DNA of 63,618 nt, filler included, from Octopus bimaculoides (taxonomy: Eukaryota), in assembly GCF_001194135.2 (NCBI RefSeq). It is 4 parts of 3 records of this genome, joined end to end, with 100 filler letters (N's around TTAATTAATTAA, not from the genome) between each part and the next. Parts side by side here need not be neighbours in the genome. Positions count along the whole stretch, not along the records: positions 19,111 to 45,256 come from NC_068981.1; positions 45,357 to 60,423 come from NC_068981.1; 2 more parts are not named here. One strand, written 5' to 3'. Position 1 is the first letter of the stretch, and each line of letters starts with the position of its first letter. A model generated the notes under the pieces. It was given only the letters and a program-made list of their open reading frames with translations. It did no database searches and was not told the DNA's origin. Shown one piece after another: positions 38,676 to 50,165 of this stretch. Both the position numbers and the translations under genes were made by a program.

Positions 38676-40319
38676 GTATTTATTAAAATTTATCAAATAA
38701 AACATGCGCGAGTGTTTCGAAGGAAGGAAAATCAAATTTCATAATGGAACTTCCCTTGCGGCTCTCGAACATATTTTGTGTTACTTGTTGCAAAATATAT
38801 TAAGTTAATTGATGCAAAATTTAAAGCTTTGCACGCAAATGTGATGCGGAATTTAAAGCAATCTTTTAAGAATCCTTAATTCGGTTTAACACACACTTCT
38901 GAGTTCAGTTTTGAAGGGACACTTGGGAATTAATCACAGAGTTAAGTAAAATTTAATTTCATTTAAATGAAATGCTAATTTAAAAAATTGCAATAATTTT
39001 ATGATAATTTTCTTTTCCTCCGATAAAATAACTCAGTAAGCCGATAATATTAATTGAAGTATGAATAAAAGTTCTAGCAGAAATAGGGCTAACATATACT
39101 TAGTCTTACCAGAAATTGTGGAATGTTTTATCAGCTTTAATTCCATTAATTCTCTCCAAAATCAAAACTAATCTCCTTATTTTATTATCTAAACTCAAAT
39201 ATTTGAGTTATATTTTTTTTTTGTTATTGTAAATAGTTAAGTAGTTTGAATTTTAAATGTTTTCTGTTCTCTTAAGTTTAAGCCGGTAGAACTTTATATT
39301 AATGCAGAAGGCATAAAACTAACCGAGAAACCAACGATTCGTATTTAGTCACTGTAACTGTACACATTTTTTGTGTTCGTATGTGTGCGTGTGTGAGTGT
39401 GTGTGAGTGTCTGTCTGTGTGTGTGTGTAATTATAAGGATTCAATAGAACCTAGACACATCAACACACAGGATACCAGAAATGGCTAGATACGATGACAT
39501 AGTGTTCACAGTGATCATACGAAAATGAAGGCATGGCGTATTGATAGGATACTACAGATATGTAAGTAATAGAGCAGATATGGAAGCACCAATCCAATAT
39601 AAACCCTTGATCCGACTCTGATATTGGTTCCAGGTGTGACATATAATTAGAGAACACAATTGATGTTTAAAATTTACGACAGTTGTTTCAGTAGAATTTT
39701 ATGCATTCATAGATTATACCATAACATAATACAATCCACCATCATCAGGTAAGCAATATACAAACATCATTCCTCAAAGACATTGCAAAATTTGCTTCAG
39801 GAACTGAAACAATAATAACACAATATAATCAACCATCATCAGGTAGAATTTTAAAGAGGTAAGATGTCAAACTGGTGAGATTACTTACATCGAACATGAC
39901 GAATCCAATGTCTTTGGATAAATGATTCTTCCCAGAATAACATTCAGATTCATCGGAAAATTAGAAGGCTTGAACGGCATTCAAGAAGCAAGGACATCAA
40001 ACGATTACATTATTCGAATTCACTTGCCTAAATTCATTTCTAGCTAATATTGGCATTGAGAACGTACAAGAAACAATAGATATGCTGTAGCTTTCTGTTG
40101 ATATTATAGGTCATCAGAACGAAGCAGATATTTTGCCAGTCAAGTGTGATAAAGAGACAATCCTCAGGGCAGCTAAAAGCTATAAAAAGATAATCAACCT
40201 TTTCTTCTTGTTCTATCCATCTTAAATACAAAATGTACACACATGGTCACACTCACACTCATAGACACATCTGTACACATTCATGAACATATATACACAC
40301 TTGTTTTTTTACTTATCTT

Positions 40320-41070
40320 AGCGTCCGTTATTCCTGAGAATAATTAAGCATTTGTGAGGATCTTCTTTATTGTCTTTGGTTGTTTACTATTTTTAATGAT
40401 TTTTATGGGTACAAGAATTTCCTTAGTGTCCTTATGGAGTATGGGGAAATGTTGGACTATGATGTGAAATGCTTCCTTGTTTCCGACATTGTATGTGGAG
40501 ACATAAGTTAGTGTTTCCAGAGTAGGTGTGTTATTGTGTTCGACTTTTCTTAATGGTTTTATGTCAATCGATTTATGCATGTTTAATCCCTTCATTTATG
40601 AGTTAAATTGGGCATGTCTCTCCTGCAGTACGTTTTTAAGTTCTTCCAATGTCGACCAGATGCAGATGTACAGTCCACAGGCAACAGATAACCTCCCCAC
40701 AATATCGCCACATATATCTCAGTGAACTCATTGACAAATGTACAGAAGAACTGCAACCGCAATTCCTAATCTTCCCCTTATATCCATTTGGTATTTGGAT
40801 CTCAACTCAAGTAGGACTAAATAAAGAGGCCTCATTTATCGAAAGATATAATCCGGAATTAAATATAAACTCATATTGAAAATTTAAGCTTTACCACAAC
40901 TATTGTAAGAATCAGATATAGACCAGTATAAAAATTACAGATTTACTTCCCCTTTAGTGAAAAATACATTAGTTACCAATTATACCCCTAGCAAACAAAA
41001 TGTCTAATTCAAAAATTCATCCAAACTTCATAGTTTGAAAAGTGATAGCGAAACCGGTAATTACGATGGA
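40320..41070. mobile_element. Penelope-like element 3' part with an internal inversion: RT-to-GIY-YIG linker on the minus strand (40320-40657), GIY-YIG C-terminus and 3' end on the plus strand (40660-41070)
   Basis: Minus strand: TLEELKNVLQER...KSIDIKPLRK...YVSTYN...KQPKTIKKILTNA. Plus strand: RCTVHRQQITSPQYRHIYLSELIDKC...FLIFPLY...KEASFIERYNPELN*, followed by a hammerhead-like remnant at 41028-41066. Confidence 0.75.
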
Positions 41071-41374
41071 AGAAAAAAATCTTATTTTGTACAATATTGT
41101 ATAATACTTTTGCTGATATGATTCTAATATTTTCTTTAGTCTTCTAAAACAAATTTTCTGTGATATATATATATACACTTACATAAAATTTATTGAGATA
41201 TAAAATAATAAAGATGTATAATGAAAACGTAGACAAAAGATAGTGTGGCTAAGAAGTAATATACTGGACCATCAAGTATTTCACTGTGAAATATTGTTTA
41301 AATAATATTCAAAATGAAACGAGTATACTTAACAGAGTCCCAAAGTATTGCAGTCATTTTTGCAACTTTTCCAG

Positions 41375-41538
41375 AAGCAAGACTATTTACACAAGGGATT
41401 TGTTCCAAAATAACATTTATCAGAAAGCACACGAACAACATAAAGCGAAAAAACGTCAATTCACCGTGGGTTTTATATAGTCATACACGAACGTTTGTGC
41501 CTTATAGTATTTATGATGTGAATAATATGCGTGAGAAG
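41375..41538 (+). other. Candidate exon (EARLFTQGICSK...YDVNNMREK) or degenerate GIY-YIG fragment
   Basis: Strong acceptor ttttgcaacttttccag and donor aag|gtaaac, open from phase 1 to 0. However, RKHTNNIKRKNVNSPW also weakly resembles the GIY-YIG motif EHxxNIKxxxxNSP. Confidence 0.25.
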
Positions 41539-42729
41539 GTAAACATTTTATAGATTTCTCCTGGCAGGGTTACATTAACACTTTATGAACTTAATTTAAA
41601 TAGAAAGAAAATCTCATTAACTCTTATCGTAAACATTACTTTTCAATTCTCTGTGTTTTCAATCGAGAGGATAACAGAATTATTAGAGATTGTTTGCTCT
41701 AGTTAATTAAATGAGATGCGTGCACCATTGAAAGCACTTCGGGGATATAGTGGGCCTGTAATTGGTTCCGTTCTTTGAAACTAATTCACGTTAGAAAAAA
41801 ATTCAAAGCCGATGAATTACTGCAAAATTTTAATATTGTTAACTATTTAACTCATATTTTGTTATTTACGAATTAACAATTTCAGTTTTAATTGTTGTCA
41901 AAAAAGTAACATATAAGGCCTTTATTGAGATTTGATGCCGCGAAATTTCGTCTCTGAAAATTAAATTGGGATAAGCTTATATCATTACGTCATCAAACGT
42001 TTCACTTAGTAATGAATTTTAAGGTACAAAAATAGGGGGACAAAACTGAAAAGAGAAGATAAAAGTTAATCGTAACACAATTTTTTTTTATAAATCTTAA
42101 CCCATATAAGAAATGGACCTAGGAAGTTGTCTCTCTCATTGTTTAATAATTTACTTGTTTACAATGAGCAGTTTTAGATTCAAGAGATAATAATTGGGAA
42201 ACAATAAGTAAATCAGGGTTTGTTATTTAACCGTTACTTTACATCTTTAGTGTATATTCCATTCACACTCTCGTCATTTCCACTACGCCTTCATGTCTCT
42301 CTCTTTGTACTTTCAAGATCATGTACAGCACCTGTACTCTCCGCGGATTTTTCAGACCTAAGGACAAATAGAAAATTAATTTAAAGTAGAGAGAACATTT
42401 CAACCAATTCTAGACTGCACTCCATTATCGAACAATAAGCTTTTTGACGGATTCTTCTAAGCCGAGGATTTTAGTACCTGAAAAAACAAGTAATAGAAAG
42501 AAGCTAAAGTTGGGGCAATTAGAGTTGCCTGAAAATTGCGGTGAAACAAACACCACACGTGTTAAAAGGTACTGCATGACATGCTTTCATCACATGAAAC
42601 CAAAAGTAGATCACAAAAACATATATTGTGTTTATTAAATAATATTTCTCTCTCACCAGATGGAATACTTTTTCTGTTGATGTTACTATCAATGAACAGT
42701 ACACTATATATATATATATATATATATAT

Positions 42730-42900
42730 GGGAGAATGTACGAAAAAACAACAACAGACGAAGACAGGTGGTGTAAACAAAAAAAGGATGTATTAGTATG
42801 ACGCTCGGGAATACGGAAAGTCTTTAACGTTTCGAGCTACGCTCTTCAACAGAAAGAATACGGAGACAAGGAGAAAAACACGGAGAAAAAAAATTGAATA
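42730..42900 (-). mobile_element. Penelope-like terminal fragment, copy 2
   Basis: Homologous to 37-225 and again directly preceded by (TA)n. Confidence 0.6.
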
Positions 42901-42911
42901 GTGTTCAGTCG

Positions 42912-42943
<32 letters not shown>

Positions 42944-44013
42944 CGTGTGTGTGTGTGTGTGTGTGAACTGTATTTCTGAAATTTCTTACGAATGGAAAAG
43001 GAGCTGGTTTCTGTCCCAGAAGGAAGATTCTTTTATTGGAATTTAAACTACTTCGAGTGCATAGCCGAACATTTATGTCCGTGTATACGTAGATATGTGC
43101 ACCTATGTGTGTATGTGTGTTCAAAATTGGATATCGTTGCATGCGTGTAGATCTATGTTTTGATTTATATGAACGAACATATATTGTTGCATGACTACGG
43201 TATGTATACGGACTTATTGGTTCTGCTTTCCTTTCTGTCTATCTCTAAAAATAATTTATTTACTTTTTCGATGTTGTTTTGCTTCGGTTTTTCAACTGTG
43301 TTGTCGATGCTATCGTTTTCAGCCATGTTGTTTATAGTTAGTCTCTGAATGATGAATTGAAGTTTGAGACGAAGGGCTTTATGGACTTGACAAAAAAAGT
43401 ATTTCAGTGTTTGTGATCAGAAGAATAGCCAGTTGTTGAACAAACCTGATAGTTGCAACATCAATGTTGAAAATAACATTCATCGCAAATTCAATGAATA
43501 TTCCCCTAACGACAAAAGTGCGAGTGCTCTCCGCGTGTATATGTAAGCATTTATGTAGACACTCATAGGTATGTATACACATGTGTGAACCTGTGTGTAT
43601 ATAGAGAGATACATAATACATATATACATACATACTCACATACATATATACATACAAACACGCACACACATATATATATATATACATACACACGCACGCA
43701 AACACACATAGGTACACATATCCACATTCACTACTTTCAGTGTTCTCTTATTTACGTTATGTAAGTAAAAATATTTCCTTCTCTTGCAGCGTTTCTGTTG
43801 TTTGCTCAGCTAAACCCATTAACCTTTTTATTTAGTCGTTTTAACCGTTAAGAAATAACGAATATCTTTGACACACTCCTTTTATATCATCATTTCTTTA
43901 GCCTGTTACTATCCATCGTTTTCTACATTTCAATTTATCTGCTTGGTCACATTGTGTTTACACTAACTACAACGATTTACTTTTTGTAATATTACTATCT
44001 TACATTTATTCCC

Positions 44014-44200
44014 CGTGGAGGCACCTAGCATGGTGATTGGACACATGGTTGTAAGACTGATGTTTCGATTCTTGGATAGAGCGATGCGTTTTGTTCTAAA
44101 AGTGAGTGTTTCTACGACGGAGCGATGCACAGTGGCGAGTATATATGCCAGAGAATCTGGGGAAACCGACAATATATCTATATTACTCGGAAGGAAGCCA
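44014..44200 (+). mobile_element. Degenerate SINE (family B head)
   Basis: ggaggcacctagcatggtgattggacacatggttgtaagactgatgtttcgattcttgg is a decayed tRNA-like head matching the minus copy at 44310-44556. Confidence 0.55.
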
Positions 44201-44309
44201 TATGCATTTAACTATCCCTAATTCCATTCGGTCTACATTTTCATTTGTTTGTTACTTTTCCAACACTCTTAATCATATTACGATATGATTAAATAGAAAA
44301 ATAAATGCA

Positions 44310-44556
44310 ACCTTTTGAAGCCTAGCCAGGCTCATGGGCCCGGTTTCCCAGTTTCAATGGCGTATGTGTTCCCCAGTTGGACGGGGCGCCAGTCCATCAC
44401 AGCGTTACTCATTTTTTGCCAGCTGAGTGGACTGGAGCAACGTGAAATGAAGTGCTTTGCTCAAGAACACAACGCGTCGATCGGTCCAAGAATCGAAACC
44501 ACAATCTTACGATCATGATGCTGACACCCTAACCACTAAGCCACGCGCCTCCACAC
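44310..44556 (-). mobile_element. tRNA-derived SINE, family B, near full length
   Basis: The reverse complement starts ggaggcgcgtggcttagtggttagggtgtcagcatcatgatcgtaagattgtggtttcgattc (A and B boxes). Confidence 0.85.
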
Positions 44557-44629
44557 GATATGATTAGCTCAACCCAAAATATCTTAGAACAGATTTCCTT
44601 CATCTACATATAAATTATAAAATTCACAG

Positions 44630-45245
44630 GGATGACTACGTGGTTGAGAAGTTCGCCTTGCAACAACATGATTACAGTTTCAGTCACATGGTGCAGTACA
44701 TTATGCAAGTGCCTTCAACTGTTGGCCTGGGATGACCGAAACGTTGTGAGTAATTTAGGTAGACAGAAACTGTGTGGAAGGCGGCGAGCTGACAGAAACG
44801 TTAGCACGCCGCCGGGCGAAATGCTTAGCGGTATTTCGTCTGCCGCTACGTTCTGAGTTCAGATTCCGCCGAGGTTGACCTAGCCTTTCCTCCTTTCGGG
44901 GCCGATAAATTAAGTACTAGTAACGCACTGGGGTCGATGTAATCGACTTAATCCCTTTGTCTGTCCTTGTTTGTCTCCTCTATTTTTAGCCCTTTGTGGT
45001 CAATAAAAAAATAAGAAACTGTGTGGAAGCCTGTTGTGTATATATGCGTGCTATTGCGTATATATGTGTGTGTTTGCTTACGTGACTGTTCCAGCGGTTT
45101 GGCAAATCATACTGATACAATAAGGACCAGATTTCTTTTTTAAAAAAGCATAAGTACAGCTGACGATTTCTTCAGCTGAAACCCTTTAAGATAGTGCCCC
45201 AGTTTGGACACAAATCACTGAAACAGATAAAACATAGAAGAAAGG
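44630..45245 (+). mobile_element. tRNA-derived SINE, family C, interrupted by a nested family A SINE
   Basis: The head ggatgactacgtggttgagaagttcgc... and tail ...ccctttaagatagtgccccag...actgaaacag are colinear with the minus-strand copy at 60524-60817. Confidence 0.75.
44781..45013 (+). mobile_element. Young full-length family A SINE with a 16-bp TSD
   Basis: TSD agaaactgtgtggaag at 44765-44780 and 45014-45029; A-rich tail. Confidence 0.93.
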
Positions 45246-45356
45246 ATAACTTCAATNNNNNNNNNNNNNNNNNNNNNNNNNNNNNNNNNNNNNNNNNNNN
45301 TTAATTAATTAANNNNNNNNNNNNNNNNNNNNNNNNNNNNNNNNNNNNNNNNNNNN

Positions 45357-45465
<109 letters not shown>

Positions 45466-45471
45466 CATATA

Positions 45472-45560
45472 TATGAGTGGCTGTGTGGTAAGAAGCTTGC
45501 TTCCCAACCACATGGTTCCAGGCTCAGTCCTACTGCGTGGCACTTTGAGCAAGTGTGTGT
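45472..45560 (+). mobile_element. Family C SINE 5' (tRNA-like) fragment
   Basis: gagtggctgtgtggtaagaagcttgcttcccaaccacatggttccaggctcagtcctactgcgtggcac. Confidence 0.8.
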
Positions 45561-46462
45561 ATCAGTAGTTGTTTTATTTACCAATTTGTATATCGGAACC
45601 AATATTTTTGGGACTTGCTCAGAATGTGTGGGGTTGTTCGTCTCTTAGAAGACCAAATGAAGTCGAAGCAATGTGTCTCACCATACACCGACGACATTCT
45701 GAGTAAGCTCTCTATTGTTTAACTCACAAATCTTTTTAAGCAGTTTCTCTAAAACAAAACATTACAACCAACGTCGTACAACATTTGGATATGTATTATG
45801 AATATTATACGCATTGTTATTTTCGTGAAAATCACCTTAAAAACTTAATGAAACATCGGATAATGTTGTCTTGGATAAATTATACCTGAAACAAAGGCGG
45901 AATGATCTCGGTTACATTTTCTTTGATCGTAGATCAGCTCAATCAGGGTTGACTTTAGGTTAAGCCACAACAACAGTAATAGCAGCTTCTTTCCTCATTG
46001 CTTTCTTCCAACTTTCGTTTTCTATATTTTCTTGCATGAACTGGCATAATAATTCGCTAAATTACACTGCCTCAGAGCCAAGTAATCAATAATTAAATCT
46101 GATTGATTTTGTTCCATTAACTCAACAAATAACAACTGTTCTCTTAATTATTTTGCGAACAACCAAGTGATGTTTTTAAAACAACAATAGTAATAGCGAC
46201 AAGAACAACAGAAGAAATCACAGCAGCAGTAGCAGCAGCAACAACAACAACAACAATAATAAAAACGACATCAGCAGTATCAGCAATAACAACATCAAAA
46301 GTCAGTAACAATAACAGAAGTAATGTTCTTTTATTCTGCTAATATAACATCTAAAACTTTTAAATAAGACAAGATAATACATTTATGCATCATCATCATC
46401 ATCATCATCATCGTCCTCATCATCAACATCATCACATTATTTTCATTATTATTGCTATTATT

Positions 46463-47138
46463 AAGGCGATGACCTGGCAGAATCGTCAATGTATCGGAAA
46501 AATTGCTTAGCTACATTTCGTCCGTCTTTACATTCTGAGTTCAAATTCCGCCGAGGTCGACTTTGCCTTTCACCCTTTCGAGGTCGATACGATAAGTACC
46601 AGTTGAGTATTGGTAACTGACTAGGCCCCCTCCCCTCGAATTTTTCAAGCCTCTACAGTAGAAAGGATCATCATCATCATCATTATAATCATCATCACCA
46701 TGATCATCATTACTGTCATTATAATTACTCTTATTAAGGCTGTGGCCTAAAAGAATCGTTAGTGAGTTGGGCAAAATGCTTAGCGGCATTTCCTTCAGTT
46801 CTTTGTGCTGTGAGTTCAAATAACGCTGTGGTTACCCATGCCTTTCATTTTAATTTTTTCCAGGTTAATAAAATAAGAAGAAAAAAAACCAAAAACAATC
46901 AAGTTCTGGGATCGATGTAAATGACTAACTTTCTCTCCCATCACATTTACTGGCAGTGTGCCAAAATTTGAAACTTTCATTATTATCATCTACGTTCTAA
47001 GTTCGAATTCCGCCAAGGTCGACTTTACCTTCCATCCTTTTCGTGTCAATTAAATAATTACCATTGAACACTGAGGTCAGTGTAATCGACTGCTCCCTCC
47101 TACAAATTTCAGACCTTGTGCTTGTAGTAGAAAGGATC
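46463..47138 (+). mobile_element. Three head-to-tail family A SINEs (46463-46668, 46736-46975, 46991-47138) separated by (CAT)/(TAT) tails
   Basis: Each carries the gttctgagttcaaattccgccgaggtcgactttgcc core or a decayed version of it. Confidence 0.85.
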
Positions 47139-47281
47139 ATTATTGTCGTCGTCGTCATCGTCATCATCAACCCTAGCATCATCGTTATCATCAGCTACAG
47201 TAACAGCATCGCTATCATTATTATCGTCAGCTCCTTCTTCCCTTCCTTCAGCTTCTCCTCTTACTACTTCTTATCATCATT

Positions 47282-47323
<42 letters not shown>

Positions 47324-48164
47324 AGCAGTTGTATCCTTATTTTATTTATTGCACTCATCAATTATAGTTGCAAAAGAATGTCGACGCTGTAGCCAGATTA
47401 ATTCAAAGTAGCTGTGAATTAACGTTTAAACCCCTCTCTTCAAATGATCGTACAACATGATCAACTTTAAAGACAATATGGCGACTGCTAAAATAGAAAG
47501 CAAAACACTTAAATAAACAACAAGAATCAAATACTTTGTTTCATCATTAATATTTGTTCTACAGGAAAAAACCTGACGTTGCTACCCAAACGTAAGAAAG
47601 AAACGTATGGTGCTACAGAATTCCGGCGAGAATAGGTTCTGGGTAGGAAGATTTAGAAGGTTAGCTCGTGAGTGGCCTAGATTTTGAGATATAAGTCAAC
47701 GAACTAAACATGGAAATTAGATGCAGTCAGGTGACTCGTTACAAAAGGCGGCCAAATTTACCCGAAATCACACTATACTGTTTTGATAATGGAGACATTT
47801 GATAACGCAGTAATTGATATAACCGAGAAAGAGACTGGCTGCTCGCAGGTAAAAAGTCTTTGTTGGTAATTCTACAGCATCAGGGTTGTCGTGAGCCGAA
47901 TAACTGTTTCAAATTCACAGTAATCCCTCGACTATCACGGTGTCACGTTCCTAAACCCCTGCCATAGGTAAAAATCCGCCAAGTAGAAACAGTACTGTAT
48001 ATTTGTTTTATTATCTTTATAATTTGTATATATTTAGTATATTATAAATGCAAAACAACACCACGGAGGAAGGAGGAATCGACGTCAGCTTAAATAATAA
48101 ACCGCGATAGGTGAAGCGCGATATGGCAAGGGATTACTGTATTCGCAAGACCACCAATTTGACT

Positions 48165-48290
48165 GGCACTTTATTTTATCGATCCCAATAGATGAAAGGC
48201 AAAGGTGACCTACTTGAGACTTGAACTCAGAACATAAAGAGCTGAAAAATACCACAAGGCATTTTGACCGACACTGTAATGACTGAACAT
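48165..48290 (-). mobile_element. Degenerate family A SINE
   Basis: ttttatcgatcccaatagatgaaaggcaaaggtgacc...ttgaactcagaac. Confidence 0.75.
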
Positions 48291-48700
48291 AATAATAACA
48301 AACCGACATACTTAGTCCCGAGCCGCTAAGATTCATAATTAAATCGCGTAACCAAATCACTTCCTACCAGCTTTAAAAAATTGGCAGACGACCTTGAATA
48401 ATATAGTTCCACATAGATGATGCCTGAAGAAAGGACAGGAATTTTTAGTGTCGAGTGTCGGAACGCTTTTCCACATAGGTCTGTTTGATCAACGCTGACC
48501 TTGATTCTAAACAAGAGCCAGCGTTTCAGAAGCAACAAAACAAGAAAAAATGCATTAATAGTATCAATTAACACAGCGACGAATTGCCAGAGTCAGTAGA
48601 TCGTTGGATAATACAGTATGTGTTATTTGCTCCGAGTCTCACCAAACCGAAGACCAAAGTGGATCATAGACTTAATCTGTTGTCCGGTTAAATAGTATAC

Positions 48701-48800
48701 CTTGGGTATCTTTATTGGAGACCGCTGTGATGCAAACATTCATCCCAGGTTGCTGGATTGAGGTCGCTTTCCTTTCACCCTTCCACCAGTTTTGGATACT
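48701..48800 (-). CDS. Candidate exon with an IQ-like motif (SIQNWWKGERKATSIQQPGMNVCITAVSNKDTQ)
   Basis: Acceptor ataactctttacag, donor aag|gtatac, open from phase 0 to 1. IQxxxKG is a partial match to the IQ consensus. Confidence 0.25.
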
Positions 48801-48939
48801 CTGTAAAGAGTTATGGGTATTGTCTTCTTTTTCTGACTAAAAAAAAATCAGTTGTAAATAATTATAATGTTCAAATCCCTCCAAAACATACAGAAATAAA
48901 ACCACACATATAAATATAGTAGCAATATCCAATAATCTC

Positions 48940-50165
48940 ATTCACTTCACGGAGACGGCACAGTATGCCAATCGAGGCTAAGGTGTGTGCTCGGAAGCTC
49001 TAAATTCCCGGGAAAGTTCACTCGTACTATAAAGTTGCTACACTTTAAAGTCCCCATGGCACGCAGATGAACTGAAGCTCTGCACAGTTTGATGTTAATG
49101 TGAGAGTCAAGCAAGAGTACGAGATGACACCATTTTTCTCACTTTATCTGTAATCCAAGCTCAAAGAGTAATTTCACACCTAAGCTGAAGATGAATACAG
49201 GCAATTTTAAAGTATCACCCCCAAAGCTACGATAGGGCTATACATATCTTAAGGAAAGAAATTTATTTGCGAGTTGTTTTGCCTTTGTGTCCCATAATGC
49301 ACGGAACATTCAGAGCTTGGTGGATGCTGGTGAAGGTGCAGCCACAAAAACGTTTTGTTTGAAAATTATCACCCGGAAGAGTGAGATTATTTATCATCGA
49401 AATTCTGGCACGAACCAAGTGACATTTCTTGAAACTATTATAATCGAAAAGAAATAACTGACAGAGGCAAACCATCTTATCTACCTGAGTACTACAATTA
49501 GTAACAGTACTGGGCTCAGTTAGAGCAAGAAGTGATAGAGGCAAACCATTTTATCTGAGCTGTATAATTAGTACAGATAGAAGGCTCAGTAATGAACTGC
49601 ATTACAGGTTGAGCAAGATAAACTCTGCATTAAGAAGTTTGAGAGAGCAACTATGGAACAACAAGCAGGTATCGACATGTTTAACGATCCATAGTATTAT
49701 CCACTATGTTTTAACGATCGATTGCATGGACAATGTATTGCATAATGAAAACAAACTACATTTATTTATTATAAAACACTTGAGATAGGTCATGGACATC
49801 ACGTAAAAAGACAGGAATAGCTTCATCCAAGCAAAATCAAGCTCTCTGACATGGAAGACATAGTTGTGTAAAGGAACTTCGGTTGGCTTGAGAATGTCCA
49901 AATAGCAGGAAAAACAACTCTGCTGCCAAGTCAAAGTTGTCTAGTCTTGCAAGAGATTACAGGAAATCCGACTGGGTTACAAACGTCTTTATAAGCGTAA
50001 CATGAGGAGATAGTTGTTTGAGCACAGCAGATAAGGACAGAAACCAGTGAAAAATATTGATTAACTTCTGATACGGTGACGCATGACATGCTGTATAGAC
50101 AGTCATTGTTCGTGTCAGCAATAATGTGTGAACTTTTGACTCCCAAGATGAAAGACCATCGTTTT
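48940..50165 (+). mobile_element. Heavily degenerate RTE-clade LINE (RT domain to 3' end)
   Basis: FDVNVRVKQ..MTPFFSLYL (GVKQG motif), SHNARNIQSLVD...KTFCLKI...KSEIIY, NHLIYLSTTISN and NELHYRLSKINSALRSLREQLWNNK. There is an internal duplication of about 65 bp near 49472-49590. Confidence 0.8.

Noticed and set aside
42461-43530. Phase-compatible exon chain 42461-42568 and 43408 onward
   Set aside because: The acceptors are weak, both strands give equally plausible frames, and no homology was recognised; this is expected by chance in 63 kb.
48400-48490. DLCGKAFRHSTLKI resembling a C2H2 zinc finger
   Set aside because: The first Cys and both His ligands are missing and the F-to-L spacing is wrong.
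47789-48571. METFDNAVIDITEKETGCSQ spliced to VCLINADLDSKQEPAFQ...*
   Set aside because: It gives only a 50-aa product with no recognisable family, and chance cannot be excluded.
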